From positions 1,674,001 through 1,738,000 of the forward strand of contig NC_088802.1 of the NCBI RefSeq assembly GCF_011386835.1: a stretch of 64,000 bases of DNA, given 5' to 3'. The notes under the pieces were generated by a model that saw nothing but the letters and a program-made list of their open reading frames with translations, had not been told where the DNA came from and searched no databases. Of the stretch, positions 44,901 to 55,170 are shown piece by piece. Numbering within the stretch: position 1 is the stretch's first letter; the number at the start of each line of letters is the position of its first letter. Source of the DNA: Chrysemys picta bellii. Taxonomy: Eukaryota. The position numbers were made by a program, and so were the translations under genes.

Positions 44901-47900
44901 TCCAGTCTGAGGAAAACACTTACTGAAGCATCTCTGAGGGTGAGATTATCTGTATTCAGTTTGATTAGACATAGATTTGGACATTTTATTTTATTTTACT
45001 TGGTGACTTACTTTGTTCTCTCTGTTACTACTTGGAACCACTTAAATCCTACTGTCTGTATTTAATAAAATCACTTTTTATTTAGTAATTTACTCAGAGT
45101 ATGTATTAATACCTGGGGGAGCAAACAACTGTGCATATCTCTCTATCAGTGTTATAGATGGCGAACAATTTATGAGTTTGCCCTGCATAAGCTTTATACA
45201 GGGTAAAACGGATTTATCTGGGTTTAGACCCCATTGGGAGTTGGGCATCTGAGTGCTAAAGACAAGCACACTTCTGTGAGCTGTTTTCAGGTAAACCTGC
45301 AGCTTTGGGACAAGTGATTCAGACCCTGGGTCTGTGTTGGAGCAGACGGGAGTGTCTGGCTCAGCAAGACAGGGTGCTGGAGTCCTGAGCTGGCAGGGAA
45401 AACAGGAGCAGGGGTAGTCTTTGCACATTGGGTGACCGCTCCCAAGGGGGTTTCTGTGATCCAACCCGTCACACTTCATTACTTGGCTGTGGCTACAGTT
45501 CCAGGATCTTGGCACTTCCCATTCTAGATTTGTCAATATCTTCCTTGGCGCTGCAATGCCAGGATCTGGGTGTTACGAGTTCTAGGTGCCTAAAAACTAG
45601 TTCAGGGATCTGGGAATTCCCAGTTCTAGACGCATCAGTATTCTATTTATATTCTTGGCTTTAGGTGCCTCAACAGGGGTACCAGACACTTTAAGCCCAA
45701 GTGTACTCTGTCCTGGTGTTATATCAGCTCTGTATACCCCAGTGCCTTCACAACAGGTTATTTGTACTGTTGGTTTTAGATGATTTAATATCACCTGTTG
45801 GCATGGCAGCAGCATGTTCTTTGCAACATTGGTTCTAGATGTGTCAACATACATTCTGGATGCCCTCTGTGTTAGTCCTGCTACCTAACAGGTTATTTAA
45901 TCTCTTCTGGGTATCCCAATAATACTCCTCTATGAAGATATTACCACTGCTGGTTCTAGGTGCTTCAACACCCATCCTAAGCAGCTCAGTAGCTTACCAC
46001 CAAGTTATTTGTATCGCTGGTTCTAGGTACCACTACACTTGTTCTGTTTTCCCAAGACCAGACCTGGCTATGAGATGAGTTTTCTTCCCACAAAAAAAGT
46101 TTTGATGAAAGCAAAAAAGGCTTTTATTAAGAATTTTCTTCAGACGATTCTGGGTATTTTTCAATTTTTGCCAATTTTTTCAGTTTTAACTGAAAAGAGA
46201 TATTGCCTGCTGAAAATTTTTGACCCAAAAGGTCGTTTTTCTTTGTTCAGGGGGAGGGATGTTCCACACTTTTTAGTAGCTCATCTTGCTACCAAGTTTT
46301 CTGCTTTCTTGATTCTAGGTGCCAGTTATAGGTATGAATAATGATAACTCAATTTTAGCATCTATATGCTACAATTTCCAGGTTCCTCTGTGCACCCTAT
46401 TCCTCACTAGCCGATTCCTTCTACTCTGGGTTCTAGGTACCTCAACACTGATTCTAGGCATTATTAGGTCCTAGATGGTCCTAGGTCCTCTGTTTGTCAG
46501 AAGCTGGGAATGAGCAACAGGGGATGGTTCACTTGATGATTACCTTTTCTGTTCATTCCCTTTGAAGCACCTGGCATTGGGCACTGTCAGAAGACCGGAC
46601 ACTGGGCTAGATGGACCTTTGGTCTGACCAAGTATGGCCGTTCTTATGCCCTAGTAATAAGTTTTAGGCACTGTGCCAATTCTAGGCACCACAGTACCAG
46701 TCCTAGTGCCTTGCTGCTGGGCTATTTGCCCTATTTGTTCTAGGTGCATCAGCACAGGTTCTAGGTGCCTCAACACCATTTCTAAGCACTGCTGGGTTCC
46801 AAAATGCCCTAATTATTGGTTCTGGGCACACTGCTGGTTGTAGACTCCACACTACCAGGGTCAGGGCTCTCCAGTGACCTTCCAGCCTCAACACCAGCTC
46901 CAAACCCTTCAGATTCTCAGTGCCCTCATGAAGTTTCTTGACTTGCCTCCTAGATATCTATGCCTTTGGGATTGGGACGCAGGAGGTGGACTGGGGTGGC
47001 CTTAATGAGATTGCTTCCAAGAAGGAAGGGGAGAGGCACGCCTTCAAGATGGACTCCAGCCAGAATCTCAAGGCTGCGTTCGAGGATGTCCTGGGTACGT
47101 CGAGGCCGACAACGGGCGCGGCGTCCCCCTGTCACAGCGCAGGGGCCTCGTCTTTGCAGGCTGTCTAGTCAAACTGCCAAGGAGGAGGGCTGGGGCGTCT
47201 CCTCTCCATGTCTGGAACAGGGTGGGGGCGTCTCTCCTAGAAGGGAACCGAGCCAGCGGGGGGTCTCTTCCCATGGGGCACCAGTTGGGGGGGGGGCTCC
47301 GCTGGGACTATGGGGCCATGTGGGCTTGGGGGTCTTCCAGGACAGTCACCCTAGGGTGTGGGGGACACACAGAGGGGCGTGGCAAGCAGTGACCCCGAGG
47401 ACTAACCCTCTTCCCCCCCCATGGCACAGACACCAAAAACATCCACGATCTCTGCGGGCTGGGGAATGATTCGCAGAGTGCCACGCACCAGCAGCGGAAC
47501 CCCTGGCACGTGGTCATCAAGGTGGGTCTGTCTGCTGAGCCCTCTGGGGGGGCGCTGTCCCGTTCCCTGCCTCCCCGGGGGCTGGGACCGCCGTCCCAAA
47601 CACCTGGGTCCCGTTCCCTCCTTCCCTGGGGAGCTGGAACCACTGTCCCGTTCCCTCCCTCCCCGGGGGCTGGGATCGCTTTCCTGGACACCTGGGTCCC
47701 GTTCCCTCCCTCCCCGGGGGCTGTGAGCACTGCAGAGCCCCCTGGCAGTGCTGGGGGGGGGGCGCTCCTCCCATGGCCCCTCCCTGCATTGGCCCCTCTC
47801 CCTGTCCGTAGGGGAAAACGGGCGCCTCGTGCCGGGGGTCCCTGGTTTCTGACTCGTGGGTCCTGACGGCCGCACACTGCTTCAACCAGGTGACAGACAC

Positions 47901-50900
47901 GTCCCTCTGGAGAGTGCAAGTGGGTAAGGGACCCCGGACAGCACTTGTCCCTCGGAACACTGGAATCCTGGCTCCCAGCCCACCCATTCCAACCCACTAG
48001 ACCCCACTCCCCTCCCAGAGCCGGGGAGAGAACCCAGGAGTCCGGGCTCCCAGCCCCCCCCGCTCTAACCACTAGCCTCTTTCCTGGCACGTGCCAGCTG
48101 GCAGAGTCGTCTCCCCGGGCCCTTCTCCCCCGTCTGACCTTTCCTCAGCTCCGAGCTGGGCCCTTCGTTCCCCTCACCGCACCCCTGCCCGGGCCCTGGC
48201 CAGTGGCTTGTGAAAGCCCAGCCTGGCACCTCAGCTGGCCCGGGCCTCGCTGACGGGCAGGAGAACCGCCCTATGGGCCGACAAGGGGAACCAACAGAGC
48301 AGGGCAGATGGCGAGTGAACCATCCCACCGGCCAGTCTCAGCCTCTGGCAGTCCGAGGGCTGCGTCCCTGCCCATCTCGGCTAGTAGCCACCCACGGCCC
48401 CATCCGCTTTGGCCTTACGGCATCCTCTGGCAGTGAGTTCCACAGGTTGTCGGCACGCTGGGCGACGCCTAGTGTGGGTTTGGAGCCGCTGCCTGGTCAC
48501 TTCCTCATGTGCCTCCTGCATTCCGGGAAGGGGCGAATACACTCCCCGGGTCCCGCTCTCCAGCCCCCTCGGTTGTCTCTTTGCCAAGCTAACTGGGCCC
48601 AGGCGCACGGACCAGCCCCTGAATCGGATCCGTTCCCTTCTCTGTCCCCTCTCGCTTTGCCGAGGGGCACCTGGAGCTGCGGGCAGGGGCTGGCCCTGTG
48701 TCCCAGGGAGGAGCTGTCACGGAGTGTGGGGGGACACAAGGCCCTGCACTCCCGACTCCCTGCGATTCACCATGACTCTCAGCCAGCCAGTAAAGCAGAA
48801 GGTTTATTTGGATGACAGGAACACAGTCCAAGACAGGTCTTGCAGGCACAGACAACAGGGCCCCCCTCAGTTAGGTCCATCTTGGGGTCCCAGGGCATCC
48901 CAGCCCCCCCTTGGGAGGTCAGAGCAATCTCTGCCTCCCAGCTATCTCACCACCCAGCTTCCAAGACTCTGCCTTCAGCGACCCCTCCCACAGCCTTTGT
49001 TCAGTTTCCCGGGCCAAGGTGTCACCTGGCCTCTAACCCCTTCCTGGGTTCTCATGTTACATGCTCAGGTATTCGCCCTCGGGCAGACTCCCAAACCCAT
49101 CCCCCAATGCAGACTATCCTAGCCACACTCCCGTCAGCATTCACAGACCACAGTAAGAACAGGCCCAGTTCATCACAGGAGCGTCCAGGATGGGGGCTGT
49201 GAGGGGCGGCCGTGGGGCTGGGCCAGGCCTGAGGCTGTGTCTTGGGGCAGGGCCGGAGGAGATCTCCATCAAGAACAGGACCGACCACCCGAAGTACAAC
49301 ATCACGGCCAAGGCCGGCCAGGGCATCCCCGAATACTACGACTACGACGTGTCGCTGATCGAACTGCAGAAGGCCGTGCAGTTCTCCGGGCGGGTCAGGT
49401 GAGAGCGGGGCAGGGGCCTGGCCCCTCTGGGGGGCACCGGCTCCCACCGGCCCCAGGGCAGGGACTGGCTGGCTCAGGGGGGCGGGGAATGGGGCGGGGC
49501 CTGTCCCCTCTAGGGGGCGCCGGCTCCCTTCCAGCCCCAGGGCAGGGACTGGCTGGCTCAGGGGGGCAGGGAATGGGGCAGGGGCCTGTCCCCTCTAGGG
49601 GGCGCCGGCTCCCACCGGCCCCAGGGCAGGGACTGGCTGGCTCAGGGGGGCGGAGAATGGGGCAGGGACCTGTCCCCTCCAGGGCGGCTGGCCCTGATCG
49701 AGCCCAGCTCAGCGCCCGTCTGTCTCCTCCCCAGACCCATCTGCCTGCCCTGCACAACGCAAGCGAACCGAGCGCTGAAGAAGCCCCAGGGGGCGACGTG
49801 CAGGGATCACGGTGAGTGCGACGTCCCAGGGGCCGTGATCGCCCCGTGTGTCCCTCGAGCCTGGCGCCCCAGGGAGCGTCTTGCTGCACCGGCTCCGCGG
49901 GCAGGGGCATCAGGGCGTGGGCAGGGGCGGGCGGCTCGGGGAGCAGGGATGAGGGCGTTGGGGCCCCGCTCGGAACTGCGGGCGGCTTGGGGGGCAGGGC
50001 AGGGACGGCTGCTAGCCAGCACCCTGGCTTCCCTGGCGTGGAGGAGCAGTTGCCGGGTGGCTCCCACCGACTTCCGATCCGCCAGCTCCCGGTACGGCCC
50101 GACGTGAAAACCTCTGCGCTGAATGGAAGCAGAAATCGGGGTGGGGGTGACCCCGACACCCCCCCCCCCAATGACCCCTCTAATTTTAACACCCACTAAC
50201 CTTCACTCTAACCACCCCCGCTCCTTCCAAGGAATGAACCCAGGCGTCCCGGCCCCAGCCCCCGCTGCCCGTCCAGGGAACCCAGGCGTCCCGGCCCCGC
50301 CCCGCCCCCCGCCGCCCGTCCAGGGAACCCAGGCGTCCCGGCCCCGCCCCCCGCCGCCCGTCCAGGGAACCCAGGCGTCCCGGCCCCGGCCCCCCGCCGC
50401 CCGTCCAGGGAACCCAGGCATCCTGCCCTAACCCGGCTGTCTGCCCTGCAGAGCTGGAACTGCTGAGCCAGGAGCAGGTCCCCGCCCACTTCATCTCCCT
50501 GGACAACCAGAGGTTAAACGTGGAAATCAAGACCAACAAGTCGGTAGGTGGGGCCCTGTGCCCCAGAGTGTGGGGGGGTCTGTCCCGGGCGCCGTGGGGG
50601 GCTCCTGCCCCATTTGGGGGGCCATTTGCAGCAGGGAGAAGATGCTGCCCCTGTCCCAGCTGTTCTGATGGGGTGTGTGTCCCCCGTGCCCCCCATCTCT
50701 GCTGCGCTAGGGGGCAGGGGAGCCCGGCTGTGCCTGGAGCGGGAGCTGCCCAGGTGCTGGCCTGGCAGGCTGGAGAGCTCGGCTTAGAGACACACACTGA
50801 CACCCTCATGCACCCGGTCTCCCTCGCACGCCCTGACACGTGCACGCACCCCGGTCTCCCTCGCACACCCTGACACGTGCACGCACCCCTGTCTCCCTCG

Positions 50901-53597
50901 CACACCCTGACACACGCACGCACCCCGGTCTCCCTCGCACACCCTGACACACGCACGCACCCCGGTCTCCCTCGCACGCCCTGACACCCTCATGCACCCC
51001 TAGTCTCCCTCGCACGCCCTGACACCCTCATGCACCCCTAGTCTCCCTCGCACGCCCTGACACGCGCATGCACCCCTAGTCTCCCTCGCATGGCCTGGCA
51101 CACGCACGCTCCCCCGGTCTCCCTCGCACACCCCGACACGCGCACGCTCCCCCGGTCTCCCTCGCACACCCTGACACGCGCACGCTCCCCCGGTCTCCCT
51201 CGCACACCCTGACACGCGCATGCCCCCCGGTCTCCCTCGCACGCCCTGACACACGCACGCACCCCGGTCTCCCTCGCACGCCCCGACATGCACGTGCACA
51301 CCCCCAACACGCACGTGCACACCCGGTGTCCCTCGCACACCCCAACACACACAGTCTCCCTCACAGAACCGCGGACACGGGGCCGCACCAGCCGTTCATT
51401 GCCACACAGGATTTTTAGGCGTGTCTGCAAAATACCATCAAATCCGAACGAAACGGAGTGCGCTTATCAGGCGGGCCAAAGAGCGAGGCTGGAGCCAACA
51501 ACAGCGCGTCCCACGCACGCAAGCGGGCGGCAGAAACCCGACATCCTCAGACAAATTCCTTCCCCTGCGACGGACCGGAGATCCCCAGAGTCGTGCCTGG
51601 CCCCAGGGGGCAGGGAGGGGTTTAGGGGGTGAATAGAAGGGGCTGACCGGACACAGGTGCCGGAGATTCCCCGAGTCGCGCCCGGCCCCGGGGGGCAGGG
51701 AGGGATTTAGGGGGTGAATAGAAGGGGCTGACCGGACACAGGTGCCGGAGATCCCCCGAGTCGCGCCCGGCCCCGGGGGGCAGGGAGGGATTTAGGGGGT
51801 GAATAGAAGGGGCTGACCGGACACAGGTGCCGGAGATCCCCCGAGTCGCGCCCGGCCCCGGGGGGCAGGGAGGGATTTAGGGGGTGAATAGAAGGGCTGA
51901 CCGGACACAGGTGCCGGAGATCCCCCGAGTCGCGCTTGGCCCCAGGGGGCAGGGAGGGGTTTAGAGGGCGAAGAGAAGGGGCTGACCGGACGCAGGTGCC
52001 GGAGATCCCCCGAGTCGCGCCTGGCCCCAGGGGGCAGGGAGGGGTTTAGGAGGTGAAGAGAAGGGGCTGACCGGACACAGGTGCCGGAGATCCCCCGAGT
52101 CGCGCCCGGCCCGGGGGGGCAGGGAGGGGTTTAGGAGGTGAATAGAAGGGGCTGACCGGACGCGGGTGCCGGAGATCCCCCGAGTCGCGCCCGGCCCCGG
52201 GGGGCAGGGAGGGGTTTAGGAGGTGAATAGAAGGGGCTGACCGGACGCGGGTACTGGCAGCTACAGGACGTGGCTTAGAATCCGATTTGATTCCGTTTCT
52301 CTCTCCCGAAGCCCGGAGGCTGGGCAGGGGCGTGTCGGGCCGCGGCAACTCCCAGCCGGTTGCACCGTGCGCTGGGCCATTCGTGGGGGGCGGGGGGGAT
52401 TTCGTCTTTCCCAGGACCGAGACCCCCGGCTCCAGCCAGCTAATTCCTAAATTTTTCTCCGCAAAACCCTTCGGGGCCCTCGGGGCCCTCAGAGCCCCTC
52501 GAATCACAGTTACAAGCTGGGAGAGAACCCAGTGTCCTGCCTCTCCCCCCCCCCCCCCCGGCAGTGGGAGGAACCCAGGAGTCCTGGTGCCCGGCTAAGC
52601 CCTGGCTCTCGCCCCCAGCGCCCTTCGTGCATTGGTGGCGCCATCCAGCCCGGCATGATCTACGCCAACGTGTCGGACGTGTCCCAGGTGGTGACCGACC
52701 GGTTCCTCTGCTCTGGGCAGGCCAGCGGCGGCTCGAAGGAGGAGTCTACCTGCAAAGGTGACACGGGGTCTGTCCCCTCTAGGGGGCGCCGGCTCCCCCG
52801 GCCCCACGGCAGGGACCTGCTGGCTCAGGGGGGGCGGGAAATGGGGCAGGGGCCTGTCCTCTCTACGGGACGCCTGTTCCCCTCAGGCCCCAGGGCGGGG
52901 ACTGGCTGGCTCAGGGGGGCAGGGAAGGGGGCAGGGACTGGCTGGCTCGGGGGGGGGCAGGGAAGGGGGCAGGGACTGGCTGGCTTAGGGGGGCAGGGAA
53001 GGGGATCTGTCCCCTGTGGGTCTGAGTTCTGGTTTCCCCTGCAGGTGAATCTGGGGGGGGGTTGTTCCTGGAGAAGAAGAGGAGATATTTCCAGGTTGGT
53101 AAGCCCCTCTCCTCAGCTTTCTTGTCCGGATACCTGGGTCCCATCCTCCCTCTCCCTGGGCCTGGGAGCTGTGTGTGTGTTGGGGGCGGGGGGATGCCCT
53201 GGACACCTGGGTCCCATCCTCTCTGGCCCGGGGGCTGGGAGCTGTGGGTGTGTCCTGGATGCCTGGGTCCCATCCTCTCTGTCCCGAGGGCTGGGAGCTG
53301 TGCAGGTGGGGGCAGGGGGCTGTCCCGGACACCTGGGTCTCATCCCCATGTCTGTCTCCCCAGGTGGGCGTGGTGAGCTGGGGCACCTACAACCCCTGCC
53401 CCTCGAAGCAAAAGGAGAACGAGGTGAAAAACAGGCAACCCCCCCGGGGCCACGTCCCCCGCGACTTCTACGTCAGCCTCTTCCGGGTGCAGGACTGGCT
53501 GCGCCAGCACCTGGGGGGGCCCGGGGAGAGAGACCTTTATCCCGTAGCGGGGACCCCCCGCCCCCCCCCCCAGCCTGTACCCCTCCCCCCACAATAA
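38944..53597 (+). CDS. C2: Complement C2, right copy, complete 18-exon gene (~787 aa)
   Basis: 18 exons with consistent phases; CCP x3, vWFA with MIDAS, protease triad TAAHC / YDYDVSL / CKGESGG; DHGNGTGTN and GESGG are C2-type rather than CFB-type; position beside ZBTB12 fits mammalian MHC class III order. Confidence 0.93.
39404..39637 (+). CDS. C2: C2 right exon 2 (CCP1)
   Basis: 234 nt, AG/GT. Confidence 0.9.
39831..40016 (+). CDS. C2: C2 right exon 3 (CCP2)
   Basis: 186 nt, AG/GT. Confidence 0.92.
40341..40514 (+). CDS. C2: C2 right exon 4 (CCP3)
   Basis: 174 nt, AG/GT. Confidence 0.92.
40754..40876 (+). CDS. C2: C2 right exon 5
   Basis: 123 nt, AG/GT. Confidence 0.88.
41143..41279 (+). 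CDS. C2: C2 right exon 6
   Basis: 137 nt, [27 protein letters not shown]. Confidence 0.92.
41767..42224 (-). mobile_element. Solo LTR at the site occupied by the 6957-10575 element in the left arm
   Basis: TG...CA with TSD CAAGC (reverse complement of GCTTG), same flanks. Confidence 0.95.
42242..42333 (+). mobile_element. 5-prime-truncated CR1 3-prime end with ATTCTATG repeats, right copy only
   Basis: GGTTGGACTAGATGAC...GGTCCCTTCC...ATTCTATGATTCTATGA; absent at mirror site ~6940. Confidence 0.85.
42591..42732 (+). CDS. C2: C2 right exon 7
   Basis: 142 nt; weak donor GTCCTG. Confidence 0.85.
43758..43904 (+). CDS. C2: C2 right exon 8
   Basis: 147 nt, DHGNGTGTN...LTDG. Confidence 0.92.
44073..44162 (+). 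CDS. C2: C2 right exon 9
   Basis: 90 nt, KYNMGGSP. Confidence 0.92.
44274..45473 (+). mobile_element. Solo LTR 1200 bp in C2 intron 9 (right copy), sense to C2
   Basis: TG...CA, perfect TSD CTTCA; TATATAAA ~44779, AATAAA 45064. Confidence 0.9.
46954..47094 (+). CDS. C2: C2 right exon 10
   Basis: 141 nt, DIYAFGIG. Confidence 0.92.
47430..47521 (+). CDS. C2: C2 right exon 11
   Basis: 92 nt, CGLGNDS...PWHV. Confidence 0.9.
47812..47923 (+). CDS. C2: C2 right exon 12
   Basis: 112 nt, TAAHC. Confidence 0.92.
48715..49177 (-). mobile_element. Gypsy-type solo LTR (family A), counterpart of 69-458
   Basis: TG...CA, perfect 5-bp TSD GGAGC. Confidence 0.92.
49251..49398 (+). CDS. C2: C2 right exon 13 (catalytic Asp)
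   Basis: 148 nt, HPKYNITAK...[12 protein letters not shown]. Confidence 0.9.
49420..49680. repeat. ~84-bp tandem repeat (intron 13); related copies ~52770-53010
   Basis: CCCCTCTAGGGGGCGCCGGCTCCC...GGGACTGGCTGGCTCAGGGGGG units. Confidence 0.85.
49735..49811 (+). CDS. C2: C2 right exon 14
   Basis: 77 nt, PICLPCT. Confidence 0.92.
50230..50420. repeat. ~42-bp minisatellite (intron 14)
   Basis: CCCGTCCAGGGAACCCAGGCGTCCCGGCCCC units. Confidence 0.85.
50452..50543 (+). CDS. C2: C2 right exon 15
   Basis: 92 nt, [12 protein letters not shown]. Confidence 0.9.
50810..51350. repeat. ~37-bp minisatellite (intron 15)
   Basis: CCCGGTCTCCCTCGCACACCCTGACACACGCACGCAC units. Confidence 0.9.
51580..52255. 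repeat. 85-bp CpG-rich VNTR, ~8 copies (intron 15)
   Basis: Period 85 (51631, 51716, 51801, 51886). Confidence 0.93.
52619..52757 (+). CDS. C2: C2 right exon 16
   Basis: 139 nt, [10 protein letters not shown]...TCK. Confidence 0.9.
53045..53094 (+). CDS. C2: C2 right exon 17 (catalytic Ser)
   Basis: 50 nt, [17 protein letters not shown]. Confidence 0.9.
53364..53597 (+). CDS. C2: C2 right exon 18 (terminal)
   Basis: VGVVSWG...[20 protein letters not shown]; exact stop uncertain (see findings). Confidence 0.82.
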   Translation: MGVVSWGTYNPCPSKQKENEVKNRQPPRGHVPRDFYVSLFRVQDWLRQHLGGPGERDLYPVAGTPRPPPQPVPLPPQ

Positions 53598-54761
53598 CAG
53601 TGTTCGCTAACTCGGGTCTCTGTGTGGTTTGTGCCCCTCATCTTTTTCCTGCCCTGGCCTCCAGTGCTGTGAGCTTCCCACAGCAGTGCCCCCAGCCGGG
53701 CACCCTCCAGCCCTGCGAGCTTCTGCACGGCAGTGCCCCCAGCCGGGCGCCCCCCCAGTGCTGCAAGCTTCTGCAGTGCAGTGCCCTCGGCCGGGCACCG
53801 CCCCAGCGCTCTGAGCTTCCCCACTACAGTGCCTGTCACGACACGGAGTCCCCGGGCGATGCTCTGGAACTGCTCCCTACAAAGCCAGTCAGGACTCTGG
53901 GGAGCCTCCTCTCCCTCAGAGCAGACTGTCTCCAGGGCAAGAAGCTCCCACGGCTTCACCTCCTGGGTCTCTCCTGGGAGCATTCAGCATATGCCCCTCC
54001 GTGCGCTTCCCACAGCGAGTCCGCCCCGGCGGGGTCCTGGGGCAGCCAGAGGGTCCTGCACCCCCCACTCCGCAGTCAGACGTGACTCTCAGCCAGACGG
54101 GAAAACAGAGGTTTATTAGACAACAGGAACACGGTCTAAAATAGAGCTTGTAGGTACAGAGAACGGGACCCCTCAGCTGGGTCCATTCTGGGGGGCAGCG
54201 AGCCAGACACCCGCATCTGCCCTCACTCCTCGTCCCCAGCCAGCTCCAAACTGAAACTCTCCAGCCCCTCTTCTGGGCTTTGTCTCTTTCCCGGGCCAGG
54301 AGGTCACCTGATCCCTTTGTTCTCCAACACCTTCAGCTGGCACCTTGCCGGGGAGGGGCCCAGGCCATGAGTTGCCAGGAGACAGGGTGTCGGCCATTCT
54401 CTGTGCAGACACCATCACACCTGCCCTCTCGGGCTCTGCAACAGTCACACCCCCTGATCCCACCACCTAGAGACTTACGAACTGCGAAGGGGAAACTGAG
54501 GCAACCCTACAGTATTCAGAGAAAACATTAAGAACAGTCCCACTTTGTCACATCTCCCCCCCTTCGAGACCGAACTGAGCAGGGTCACTTCAGCCAGTGA
54601 CCCGGGGAAATTCGAACCCACCAACGTTCCCATGGATGCCCCAGCATCCCTCCCATTCCTTGGTGGGAGTTACCCCAGGCCCTTCCAGTTTCCCGCCCCC
54701 CTTTAGGTCAGGTGCGCTTGATAGCGCTTGCAGGCTGCATGTGGAAAGGTTTATGCGGCCC

Positions 54762-55170
54762 TGTCACAGAGTGTGTGGGACTCAGGGCCCTGCACCCCCG
54801 GCTTCCTGCGATTCACCATGACTCTCAACCAGCCAGTAAAGCAGAAGGTTTATTGGAGAACAGGAACACAGTCTACAGCAGAGCTTGTAGATACAACCAG
54901 GACCCCTCAATCAAGTCCTCTTGGGGAGCGCAGGGAGCTTAGACCCCAGCTTGGGGTTCCCTGTGTTGCACCTCCCAGCCCAAAACTGAAAACTCCCAAA
55001 TCCCTCTAGCAGCTCTCTCCCCCTCCCCTCTGCTCCTCCTCTCCTTTGTTCCTCTCCCGGGCAGAAGGTGTCACTTCCCCCACCCCCCTCCTGGCTCAGG
55101 TTACAGCTCAGGTAGCTCCATGTAACTCCCAGGCTCCATTCCCAGGTCAAATCCGCCCTGCTCCGTCGCA
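54762..55170 (-). mobile_element. Nested solo LTR (family C) inside the family B element
   Basis: TG...CA, TSD GGCCC/GGCCT; host sequence resumes on both sides. Confidence 0.85.

Larger units (their letters stand above)
32255..49246. repeat. Right arm of large inverted duplication
   Basis: Reverse-complement match to 1-20400 throughout, with indels in VNTRs and TEs. Confidence 0.95.

Noticed and set aside
38944-53597. Calling the complete gene CFB
   Set aside because: 46-nt first exon, [20 protein letters not shown] and position next to ZBTB12 fit C2 better; a separate leader exon follows downstream
52532-54085. 517-aa ORF spanning C2 exons 16-18
   Set aside because: Chance read-through of GC-rich introns; spliced exons explain the homologous parts
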